64,000 bases of DNA from the NCBI RefSeq assembly GCF_036588685.1, contig NC_086386.1, positions 46,872,001 through 46,936,000 of the forward strand, read 5' to 3'. Positions 15,201 through 25,600 of this stretch are shown in pieces (the first letter of the stretch is position 1; each line of letters begins with the position of its first letter). The notes under the pieces were generated by a model. The model had not been told where the DNA came from. It saw only the letters and a program-made list of their open reading frames with translations, and did not search any database. Both the position numbers and the translations under genes were made by a program. Origin of the DNA: Mytilus trossulus (taxonomy: Eukaryota).

Positions 15201-18200
15201 CAAATACAATATCATAGTTTTTTTTTAATAAATTAATACAAAAAATCTTGAATGATTCTTTTTATGTCAATTTCATTTGAACTTTGATGTACAGTTGTCT
15301 CATTGGCAATCATATACCACATCTCCTTATTTGTATAATAAAATTGAGAATGGAAATAAGCTATCAATAAATGCACAAATGATCATGTATCACCATGAAA
15401 GTAAAGAGAGTAGAATATCTTCCTCTTATTAACAATCTAAATCTAGAATTTTTAAATGAACTGTAATAACATCCAAGTATTACCTGTAGAATTTCTTCCT
15501 TGATCTATGTTCTATTGTTTTCTCCTTTGGATCAGGCTGAGGTGGTTTGTGATCAAACTTTATTCTTTCATCTTGTGGGAGGTTTTTCATCTGACCCAAG
15601 ACTTTCTATGGAATAAAAGTAACAAGCATCAAATCTAAGTACATGTATAAGAAATAAAGATCTCTCTTGTATTTTTTGTGCCATACTAACAAAACCTTAA
15701 AAGGAAAAATAAACTGGTTTCATCTCTAAAATAATTTCATCTGTAAATTTCAGATATTTGAATGTAGATTTGCAAACAGGAAAGAAGGAGGAATAAAACT
15801 GAAAAAAAAGTATAATTAATTCTTTTAGAAATTTTTCTTTGCTCCTATTCTTTTATTCATTATGAACTGTTATAAAATACTTGAGATCACTGCTGTAATT
15901 TAATGAGATCTACATGTTTCTGTGACAAAAATTTCTGTATATATTATTAGCAACAAATATTGTTGATTCATTTATTTATGTGGGTACCAATTGTTGTGGA
16001 TTGTGGATAACTAGCCTTTTCATGGATACATATTTGTGTGGTTTTGCCAAAGTATGCACACATCCTTTTTTAAAATTTGTATTCCAATGACTATTTTAAC
16101 TTGTAGTTCACCTGTACCAATGAAATACACAAAAATTGGTTTCCAACGAATAATAATGAATCCAAAATAGGTTTTATTCTTTCGTCCTTGAGGAAAATGA
16201 CATCTTCAGTAATATTGATAGACAGATGCCAAGTGATGCCTAGTGATGACTTGCAACCTACATGACATGCACAAATAGGGGACAACGAATGCCAAGTGAC
16301 GCCCCTAACACATTCTATGTGATCCTGGATACTACTGTGCCGCATGATTACCTTCAGACCTCTAACCTAAGTTTGAAGATCCTCTATAAGATAGTTTCTT
16401 CGTGTGTTGCCCCCTTAACTCTGGAACAGCTGGTGGCATATCATACATCATAAATATGTACATGTATATACAACATGGGACCAAATGCTACAGTCTCTCA
16501 GTTAGTCTTTAAGATGAAGAACCACAATTACTGACCATATAAAAACCAGAACAAGACAAATGACTAAACCTAACGCAAGTACTTCGACAAATTGATAAGG
16601 CTGTTGATAACAAAGGCTTGATAAAGTTCACTAATCCAAAATAGGTTATGTTAGTGAGGTTTTAGTATTTTCATCTCAAAAGATTGACATGTTATATATT
16701 TTTTTTCCTAACAGTTCTGGTTGTGTTCCACCCACCTGTCTAGATAACAATATATCTCTCAACAAATCACCATAATATTTCTGTTGTCGGAATTCATATT
16801 CACGAAATTTCACATTTTTAATCATTCCACTGTATCTTGCTATGTCTGGGGAAAAGAAGCCACCTGTCAAAAGAAAATAATCTCAGGTAGTGATCTTTAC
16901 TACTGAAAATAGAGTTTGATTTCCATATAAATTTGATTTTAGTTTTCAAAATATGAGAATGTTAAAGTTTTAAAATAAAATGAAAAGCCAAAATCCATGC
17001 ATCATTTTATTTCAATTTAAAATTCCTTACAAATAAATAGGTTTTTTTGGTTAAAAACAAGAAAGGCATATTCACAAAAAGTACAAATCTTTCAATTATC
17101 TTCCAATGTCAACAATAAAATTTAGACTGTAGTATCAAATAAGGGTTGTTTACCTTTTAATTTTGTGTGGAATTGTTGGGCAGGATTTCCAAACTTTATG
17201 TTCTCTCCACTAAATAGTTTCCTGAAATAATGATAAAACAGACAACAATCAAATTACAGTAATTATCTTTTATATGGTAAAAACACAGTGATTTTCCAAC
17301 CCTCTTATTTGGGTCCGAATACGGGCCCCTGTATCAGTGAGAAATATCCTCTTTTTCCACAATTTTCAGCTCTAAATTTACCAATTGTGTATAGACATCA
17401 TTGTTAGGTTTTGTTAGTGACGTAATGTGGTATTTTGTATTAAAATCTCTTGAAATTGTTCAAGATTTATGCAATTATAACTTATTCCTTCTTAGAATGT
17501 AGAATTTTGCTCTTCATTTTTCAAAATTTTCTTGGGGACCAAAAAAAAGTCCTTAAGTAATTGCCATTCCTAAGATATAAAGCAAATGTGAAGCTGCTCA
17601 ATTTAAAAGTTGTAACTTCATTTAATACTTGCAAGGATGGATTTTTTACCGTCTCTATCAATAACCAGACCTCTACAAAAATCAAATAAAAATGCTGGCC
17701 ACATAAATAACTCTCCAATGGACTAAGCGGACAACTTAATACATTAAAAAAATTTGTAAGTTTCATATTTAATGTATACATGTATATAGCTTCTGCTGGG
17801 TTTACCTGTCAGAGTTCAAACCCATTTAATTTATACTGTAAACACTTACTTTACAGTTAATTCTTTTTCTTCTTTGTCTTTTTCAGGAAATGATGGAAGG
17901 AATTTCTAAAATAACATATATGTAAAAGTAAAATACAAATGAAATATGTAAAGGGATATTAAGTTGGACCAAGTTGGTGTGTAATTTACACAAATTCAAG
18001 TATATTTCAATATCTATAACCTGGGTTTATTATTGTAATTTTGCTCTTTTCTATGTTACATTCATATGTAATTTGCTCAAAAATTTCTTTAACCATTGCT
18101 TCTGCTAGTTCAATCAAACAGACAACTAAATATGGTTTGAAAGATTGCACTGTTGGTTTAAATACTGAAGTATGTTCATAAATAGATGGATGTTCCACAC

Positions 18201-19274
18201 CCCTTACAACACTACTTAAGGTGGTACCTAACACTATAGGGAGATAACTCTGTAAAATCATTAAGAGCCATGTATTTTGAAGGAAATATTAAGCTTCTCA
18301 ATGATCAAAATTAGTGTTTGTCAAACTTCTACCTATCCAACCATTTTTTTCCGTCAAAGTGATTGACTCAAGTTTTCTGAAATTTTTATATTTTTCTCAA
18401 AGGGTCAAAGTAAATATTTTGTAAAATTTTATGAAAATTAAAAGAGCCAAATTAATTTTAGTCCATTTGTTGGATACCACCTTTATAACATGTGGCAATC
18501 AATTTTAATTGGAGGAAATCAGAGTTCCATGACTTAACTATGTTTTTTTAAGGGGTAAAACAAAAATGATTCGCAATTAATATTTAAGTCAAGCTCACCT
18601 GTCATGTACAGGATTTTAACTCAAATCCTAAGAGTGATATTGTAAATTTTGCACCTTCAGTGACTTTTTTTTTTAAAAGTAGTCAGGAACATGTATTTTC
18701 AACAAGAAAAATAGCAGAATGTAACACTCACCATTAGATGTTCTCTCTGTGCTGGATTCAGTACATTCTTCCATGTATCAACACTCATTACCTCATCAAA
18801 TACATGCTTCTGAAATGTATAAGTTCAGCATTAAAATATCATTCTTTTACTGTCATAAATTTATATATAACAGCGTCAAAAGTTGAAAATAGTCTTTTTA
18901 TTATCAGATAATCAAATACATCATGTGCAACTTAATTCGCCGTTTCAGAATCTAATGCATTCTGGATAATATTTTCCAAAACATTGATTGGTTTAAACAA
19001 AACAAATTCAACCAATGACGTAACAATCTTTTCATTTGGGTGTACGCACAAATATAGTACCCATAATCCTTTAAATTCTGAAAAGGCGAATTGTACAGCA
19101 ATATTAAATATAAGTAAGCACCTGTTCAGTTAAAGCTTCAGGTAACATGATTTCTTGCTTTCCAACCAAACATTGTTCTAATTTCTTTCCACCAAGCTTT
19201 GGCGCAGCACATCCCCAGCGGCTGTCCTCTTCTTCCTCTCCAGAGGGATCCCACATACCCTCATCTGAAGACAT
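245..19274 (-). CDS. NFRKB: Nuclear factor related to kappa-B-binding protein (INO80 complex subunit G); 22 coding exons, 3' end lies beyond the left edge of the window
   Basis: Phase-consistent GT-AG exons in transcription order: 19274-19122, 18809-18732, 17905-17850, 17221-17154, 16863-16736, 15605-15484, 14932-14865, 13417-13292, 12886-12756, 11989-11899, 11104-10897, 9800-9698, 9257-9131, 7204-7018, 6722-6662, 5801-5627, 4898-4792, 4145-4022, 3388-3306, 2320-1879, 1436-960, 433-245. The translation has the DEUBAD region (DTWKNVLNPAQREHLMKFLPSFP...KLFSGENIKFGNP), a winged-helix region (NNFFSLVRDLL...WTWIGAGRDSD), the signature HGYESVVGPVKGV...VRDASARLPNGEGTRGDICELLKDSQY...VVSGALDRLHSEKDPCVKYD, and a Q/S/T/P-rich tail. 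Confidence 0.96.
2657..2794. repeat. Long palindrome at the end of a repeat element (~2657-3265)
   Basis: GTTACATAGTGTGCTAGTGAC...GTAAATTCCATATG / CATATGGAATTTAC...GTCACTAGCACACTATGTAAC. A direct repeat AAAGGGAC.TAAC.CCACT.CTAACCATGTATGAAATAAGCCCC follows at ~3045 and ~3115. Confidence 0.8.
5482..5620 (+). mobile_element. Truncated hammerhead-carrying retroelement fragment (Penelope-like/retrozyme family)
   Basis: Shares CAATGCTCTTCAACTT...GAGCGTCACTGATGA...ACTAAATT...GGTA with 21630-21760. It ends immediately next to the NFRKB donor at 5626. Confidence 0.65.
5534..5579 (+). ncRNA. Minimal type I hammerhead ribozyme (Penelope/retrozyme-type) in an NFRKB intron, antisense to the host gene
   Basis: Stem I GCGTCA, CTGATGA (5542-5548), stem II GTCT/AGAC, GAAA (5562-5565), short near-palindromic stem III ACGTGCGT, cleavage triplet GTC (5571-5573), then stem I' TGGC. 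All core nucleotides are present. Confidence 0.85.
6217..6416. mobile_element. MITE with GAG...CTC TIRs, internal ATCCCGAAA repeats, 6-bp TSD
   Basis: TIR GAGGGGGGATAGGA / TCCTATCCCCCTC; flanks ATATAT / ATGTAT. Confidence 0.8.
7470..8130 (-). mobile_element. High-copy interspersed repeat; fragments also at ~25778-25890, ~40405-40680 and ~42918-43130
   Basis: Ends in CCCATTTCCATTCTCAATTTT. The reverse complement AAAATTGAGAATGGAAATGGG and the following segments recur several times in the window. Confidence 0.75.
8432..8703. mobile_element. Foldback MITE (~270-bp near-perfect hairpin)
   Basis: Arms TTACAGCAGATTTCAGT...GGTTAGCTTG...GAAGTCATTGTTAGGT and their reverse complement, ending CTGAAATCTGCTGTAA. 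Confidence 0.85.
11602..11766. repeat. Foldback palindrome (~165 bp)
   Basis: AGATTCTTACAT...GTGGATTATCGGATTTATCCAATC / GATTGGATAAATCCGATAATCCAC...ATGTAAGAATCT. Confidence 0.85.
12913..13089. mobile_element. Tc1/mariner(pogo)-like MITE
   Basis: TA-CAGTTAAACCTGGCTAAACCGAA ... TTCGGTTTAGCCAGGTTTGACAG-TA. Confidence 0.8.
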
Positions 19275-19417
19275 AGTTTACCTGAAAAACATGTATAAAA
19301 TGTATTCTTATTTGATACAATATCAGGGTTTCCAAGCCTTTAATTCTGATTCAAGATCATGCAGATGTAGTTAAATCCTCGAAATATCAAGACAATGCAT
19401 ATTTAAAATAATAAAGA

Positions 19418-19886
19418 AACAAGAATGTGTCCATTGTACACAAATGCCCCACTTGCACTATCATTTTCTATGTTCAGTGGACCGTGAAATTGGGATCAAA
19501 ACTTTAATTTGGAATTAAAATTAGAAAGATCATATCAAAGGGAACATGTGTACTAAGTTTCAAGTTGATGTAACTTTAACTTCATCAAAAACTACCTTGA
19601 CCAAAAACTTTAACCTGAACTTCACACTATGATTTTCTATGTTCAGTGGACCATGAAATTGGGGTCAAAACTATAATTTGGCAGTAAAATTAGAAAGATC
19701 ATATCATGGGGAACATGTGTACTAAGTTTCAAGTTGATTGGACTTCAACTTTTTCAAAAACTACCTTGACCAAAAACTTTAACCTGAAGCGAACGGACGC
19801 AGACGGACGATCAGACGGATGAACAAACGGAGGCACAGACCAGAAAACATAATGCCCCTCTACTATCGTAGGTGGGGCATAAAAAA
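19418..19886. mobile_element. Helentron/HINE-like element with two ~165-bp internal repeats; single-unit copy at ~12279-12554
   Basis: AACAAGAATGTGTCC...ATGCCCCAC start, a repeated CACTATCATTTTCTATGTTCAGTGGACC...AACTTTAACCTGAA unit, a GGAC microsatellite, and a terminal hairpin ATGCCCC...GGGGCATAAAAA. Confidence 0.8.
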
Positions 19887-20652
19887 TGAGACCGAGGCAA
19901 TCTCTTAAAGATTCATATTCTTAAACACAAGTTATTGTCTGGAAACAAGAAAATGCTTCTTTTTAGCCCTTAATAGTCTTTTTGTCAATTCCCATAATTG
20001 ACCTTGTAATTAGAGATCCCTTTTTTAGTTGTCTCCCTTATGAGGGACATTACTTTATATTTACAATGGAGAGTTAGTAGAAAGAGCAAAGTTATCTGTG
20101 CGTGATATGGGTTATCTATAAAGTTTTCAAATCTTTTAATTACATTAATTTGTATTTCAGCTGAATACTTTTGACATCACTGATCAGAAATTATTTTTCA
20201 TGAAAAATTAGTTAAACCGCCGATACATCACTTTCAATTTATCATGCTTTGCATTGGCAAAATCCAATTTTGTTGGGTATGGAACCAGTCAAGGATTGAC
20301 ATAGGGAAGTTATTTGCTTAAAAATTATGCATTCACAGAATCAAATTGGTAATTGGCAAAAAGACTTTTCCTGCATGAATTGGGCAATTACCCCCAAACT
20401 CTATCCCAGCTTTCCTTTCGTAATATGGAACCCTTGTGAAACAATGTAAGAAAGGTTCAATACACATACACGCAAGTTATGGTCCAGAAACTACACAAGT
20501 TAATACACTGAAAGTAGAAAAAAATTTGTTTTGGGACCCTTTCCTAATTCCAAAACAGTTGGGACCATCATCAGCAAAATCAATCCAAACATTCCTTTTG
20601 TGGTGTTGAACCTACTTATCAAATTTCAAAGAGATCTGTTCACTTAAGTTAA

Positions 20653-21314
20653 CCTTTTCACCGATTGCTGCCCAGACAGAAGCTACTCTGAGATGATGGC
20701 TTCCCTGGCTACTATGACTCAAGTGGGAGATCTTCATAATAAATGCCAATAAAAACTTGTTTGTAGTTATTTGTGTATTTATTTCATCCACTAACCATCA
20801 TGTTCACAGTTTTGTTTATGTTTTGATATTTTTTTCTTCATAAAATATTCAAATTTTCTAATTTTCAGCATTATTTTGGTGAAATTCTCAACATTCTGCT
20901 CTTGGACCCCAAATAGTAATTTTTTAACCCATAAGCAATATTTTGAAAAAAAAATATGAGGCTGTACAAATTCCTCACACTGAAGGATGTCCATTCCAAG
21001 TGTTTTTTACATAAAACGACATTTTATGTTAAAAAAGTATACTAGTTAAGCTTCAATTTTTCAATATTCTTTCAAAAAAAATGTTCCCTCATTTCAAATT
21101 CTCGTAAATTTCCTCTGATTTTGACATGGTTTTCAACAAACGGAAGCGCCATGTTTACACTTTCATCCGGGTACTCATCAAAGATAGATAACTCATGTTT
21201 GTACTGTTTTAAGCGGGAAACATAAAAGAGGTATTCCTATCCCGGTAAAACGGGACTCATCGTCAGCTGTCTGAAACGTGAATCCCGGTAAACCAGCACT
21301 CATCGGCGAAAGGG
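20653..21314. mobile_element. piggyBac-like non-autonomous element nested in a Helentron-like repeat
   Basis: TTAA-CCTTTTCACCGAT ... ATCGGCGAAAGGG-TTTA(A), with subterminal CCCGGTAAA/ACTCATC repeats. Confidence 0.7.
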
Positions 21315-21545
21315 TTTAACTCAAGTTATTGTCCGGATACCAAATGTGTCCTCAGACAGCGCAGAAGAAGACAACACAGACAACATCATACCATTATACG
21401 ATCCCAAATATTTTTTTGCAGTCGTATAAAAATAAAAGAAAACAAATGTTTTTTTAAAATCCCTCTGTACATGTAAGTACATGATATTAAAAAGGGGGCC
21501 AAAACCCTTTAGCTGAACTCAAGGAACAGCTGTTTTAACAATGTT

Positions 21546-21760
21546 TAAGGATACTAAGGATTTTCTTATCCCAGGCATAGATGACCACCATAGCTGCATT
21601 TGGCACAACTTTTTGGAATTTTGGATGCTCAATGCTCTTCAACTTTGTACTTGTTTGGCTTTATAAATATTTTTATATGAGCGTCACTGATGAATCTTTT
21701 GTAGACGAAACGCACGTCTGGTTACTAAATTATAATCCTGGTACCTTTGATAACTATTAA
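21546..21760 (+). mobile_element. Hammerhead-carrying retroelement fragment, longer copy
   Basis: Homologous to 5482-5620 and contains the hammerhead motif. The boundaries are approximate. Confidence 0.6.
21679..21724 (+). ncRNA. Second, degenerate type I hammerhead ribozyme copy
   Basis: GAGCGTCA-CTGATGA-ATCTtttgtAGAC-GAAA-CGCACG-TC-TGG. The core is intact, but the stem II closing pair G10.1 has become A and stem I is weakened. Confidence 0.7.
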
Positions 21761-22359
21761 AGCTCAGGATTTCGGTATTTGAGAGAAAAAAAATTTTGAA
21801 TTTTGGGACGTCAGGTTTTTAATTTCTTTGAAAATAGGACTTCAGGATTTCACACACCCCTATTAGGCATATGTTGTTGAAGGTTTTTTTTAAAGATATA
21901 AAAGTCTTATTCTTTAAAATATTTCATTTTGAATAAATCATTTATTACAGTGCACTTTTAAGCACATATAAAATTGTGTATTAACTTGTGGTCTGTTTTA
22001 ATATTTAAAATTAAAAAAACTACTCCATAAAAACCCTGATCCATAATAGTGCATACCACTTTAATGTCATAATTTAGAGGCTTCCAGTGGGGGTTCCAAT
22101 GTAAATCATGCCGGTTCGAAGCTTTCAATTTTCATTCAACAGTTATGAATTGGCGTAACGTGTACGGAAACTTAAAAACTATGTTAAAGTTTCGTTAGAG
22201 TTCTTTTAGAGGTGATGTCAAGGACCATGCATGCTTCTCAAGAAGGAAATAAAATGATTGAAACTTGAGTTTTAGACAAGCCTTCACTCGGTAGGAATAT
22301 GACAAAAATACTCAATATGCCATTGTTACAATTAAAAATTAACCTTTTTGTCGTTTTAC

Positions 22360-22668
22360 CTACAAAATTTTCAGTATGTAAACGGTATGAACATGGAATT
22401 CTTCAAAAAATGTCAGGTGTTTCTTCATACAAAATTTAAACCGGAAGTTATCATTGGCCATCATGGTTTCTTGTTGGGTGCGAATTCTCTTCTCCCATTG
22501 GCTGACGGATGATAAATTAAAATATTTGTTGCCAGATCAGTTCAGATTACTTATTTAGAAATTATATTCTCAATTTTTTAAGTTTGTTTTGAATTAAAAT
22601 GTGAACAAATACACAAAAAAATGAAATTTATCAAATGATTGATTACATTAGCATTCTCTTCTTCAAAC
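22360..22668. promoter_or_regulatory. Bidirectional promoter region NFRKB/EIF3F, including the probable non-coding NFRKB exon 1 (minus-strand donor at 22358-22359)
   Basis: ETS-type ACCGGAAGT at ~22440-22449, two CCAAT boxes (ATTGG at ~22453 and ~22497) and a minus-strand donor AG|GTAAAA. The NFRKB ATG exon begins at an acceptor (19281), so an upstream leader exon is required. Confidence 0.65.
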
Positions 22669-25600
22669 ATGGCAGCCAGCCTCGTGTGCCGGGTTCACCC
22701 GGTTGTTTTATTTAGTATAATCGATTCATACGAAAGGCGAAACGAGGACGCAAAAAGAGTAATTGGAACATTATTGGGTACTTGTTTGCTGAATTAAAAT
22801 GTCACTATTTACAATTTTCATGAATAAGAAAGGCTTATAAACTTCATTGTTTACACATTTTTGCTGTCATTTTGTACGTTATAAAGCATATGCCAGGCTC
22901 TGTATGCGTGCCAACTTTTCTAAACAACGATAGTTTGATGTTTAATATGATAACATTTATTAAATCACCCGTTTAAAGAAAATTGTAGCCTGAACTTGGG
23001 TTATATTGATAATGTTGTCAAACATATACTCTTTATTCCAGTGGAAATAATATTCATATCAAATCATAGAAATTATGTTCTGGCAGATACAACCGAAGCT
23101 TGAGATTTTGGAAAGCCTTGCACTTTAAATATTAAAATTCAACTGTCTCGAGTTGAGAAATATCGTAATACACTTGTTGCAGTTGTGGAATCTATATACT
23201 TCTGACACCACGTTTTTTTTTATTGTTTAAAAGAATGTATACAATTTATTGTCATGGACCAATATTACCATTACATCATTTGGCAAGAAATTTTCTGTTT
23301 TTAGTCATGAAGATATATGTACCCCAATTATGACCCTCCCTTATTGATGGGGCCTAAAATTTTATTAATGTTTATCTGTCTGTCTGGAAAGTGGTTTCAG
23401 TTCTCTAACGTTGGTTTGTCTCAACCAAACGTTTTAAATCTTAAACATTATCTTACCACCATAAAAGTTTGGTGTCGTCAATATCCTCTTAGAGGGTTGC
23501 TGCTGAATTTTTAGTTTCCATTTTCTTACTGAAGTTTTCCTCTACTAAATTTCAAAACTTAAACAATGATTATTACCACAAAATACAGATCAAGTTTGAA
23601 TTTTGGTAGCGTTTCTTATCATTCTAGAGGGGGAGGACAGGGGGTACCTTCTCCTTTCTCCCACCCCTCTTCTCCTTTCTCCTACCCCTCTTCTTATTTT
23701 TTTTTTTTTAATTTACTGGAAAAAAGAGATATTTTATTTTTTCATATTTTATCTTTTTCTCCTTTCTCTCAGCCTTCCTCTCCTTTCTCCCACCCCCTTT
23801 CTCCTACCCCCTTTCTCCCTGTCTCCTTTACCCCTGTCCTCCCTCTCATTCTAAAGTAATGAACCTTTTAAATTTCAGTTTGCCATGACCGAATGTTGTG
23901 AAACTTATACACAATACTTATAACCACACAATTCAGATAAAGACTTAAGTACAAATTTGGGAAGTGTCACTTCTACTGTTCTTCAGTTAGGTTCCTTCAT
24001 AATTTTATATGATATACAAGCAGGAGCTTCATGTGTGTCCCATGGAAACAGTCCCAATTCATTTTAGAATAAGATTAACATTTTTATTCTCATCTGTTTC
24101 AGGAATATATGACAAAGGATCATTAGAAGTAACAAACTGTTTTGCAGTTCCACATAATGAATCTGAGGATGAGGTAAGTTGGTAAAATAATTTACATTTA
24201 CAGTGGTGAAATGGTTCCAACAGTTTAGGAATTAAGTGCCAAAAACAAACATTTTTGTAGTTTCAAGACATTACAGTCATATCAGGCTGCGCTCAGCACA
24301 GCATTTTATTGCATTACATAAAGGTTGGCTTTAAAGTTCAGTTCAGTCATTAAATTAAAATTTAATTATTTAGATTTAACAGTTCAAAACCAAGAAAATG
24401 TTTCATTAATACATGGTTAACAGTAAAAAAATTAAAACAGAACAGAACAGAAATACAGAAATATAAGAGATGTTCGTGTTTAAGTTCAATTGCATAAGAT
24501 TAGTTATATGTTATTTTTCCCGAAGGTTTGCCCTTTCGCAATACCATTTGATAAATAACTAACAAAATTAAGGTTTCTATTGTCTTGTTGTAGGTTGCAG
24601 CTGATCTTGAATATGCTAGAAATATGTATGAACTTCACAGAAAAGTCAACGCTTCAGAAGTCATAGTTGGATGGTAAGTTAAGTTATGCATGTATATTTA
24701 TTGTTTTTGTTTATAAATGGCGGGGATATTAGAACATTTGTATTTCTGAATTATTTAGAGCAAATATATAGGTATCCTGAAATATTTATTGTCTGTTTCT
24801 TTTATTTAATTCTAATGATATCAAATACTAGAATGAAATTAATTTAGTTCATATTTAAGATGAAATAAATATTTTTTAGGTATTCTACAGGGAATGAAGT
24901 ATCTGAACACTCTGTACTTATCCATGAATATTATACAAGAGAATCTAAAAATCCAGTGCATTTAACTGTTGATACCAGTCTAAAAAGTTCCAAAATGGAT
25001 ATCAAAGCTTATGTAAGGTAGGTAACAGTCCTTTAGTAGTATACTTATTGTCTTGTGTTGTAATGGGAGACATTTTCTTCTGAGAGCATTTAAAGTTGAT
25101 ACAACCAGTTAAGGTGTATTTAAGTGTGTTACATACATGTATACAAAATAAAGAGATATGATATATTAGGGTGTAATTGACAATGAGTCTCATTATTAGG
25201 CTAAAATAAGAAAGTATCAAAATTTCTCTTTTACCAGCCTGTCCAAAAAAAGAAATTACTTTTTAAGAGTTTTTATCTTAATTCATTAATTAAAATTTGG
25301 ATGATTTTGAAATGCCAACTCTAGAGATTCACAAGTTTAGTGCAAATATATTTAATGTATAAATAAACTCATCATAGAAACGCAAAATTTCAAACTGATC
25401 TCAAAAGACCAAAATGCATTAATCCTTACAGCCATGAATACATGAGTATGATTATCATACTCAGTGTCAAAAATCAACCAATCAAAAAACTGGACTTGAT
25501 TCTTATTAGTTTCATTTATTCCGAATCAGACATTTGCTTTGCAAATCATATGGCTAATTATGGTTCAGATAGTAAGGGATGTCTAATTTCACTTGTTTTA

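Noticed and set aside
16310-16440. Small hairpin CTTCAGAC...GTTTGAAG preceded by ATGA, considered as a SECIS or H/ACA RNA
   Set aside because: The spacing does not fit a SECIS core, it is intronic, and it pairs better on the strand antisense to the host. No supportable RNA family.
23566-23859. P/S/F/L-rich ORFs in EIF3F intron 1
   Set aside because: They are translations of the CT-rich core of a MITE.
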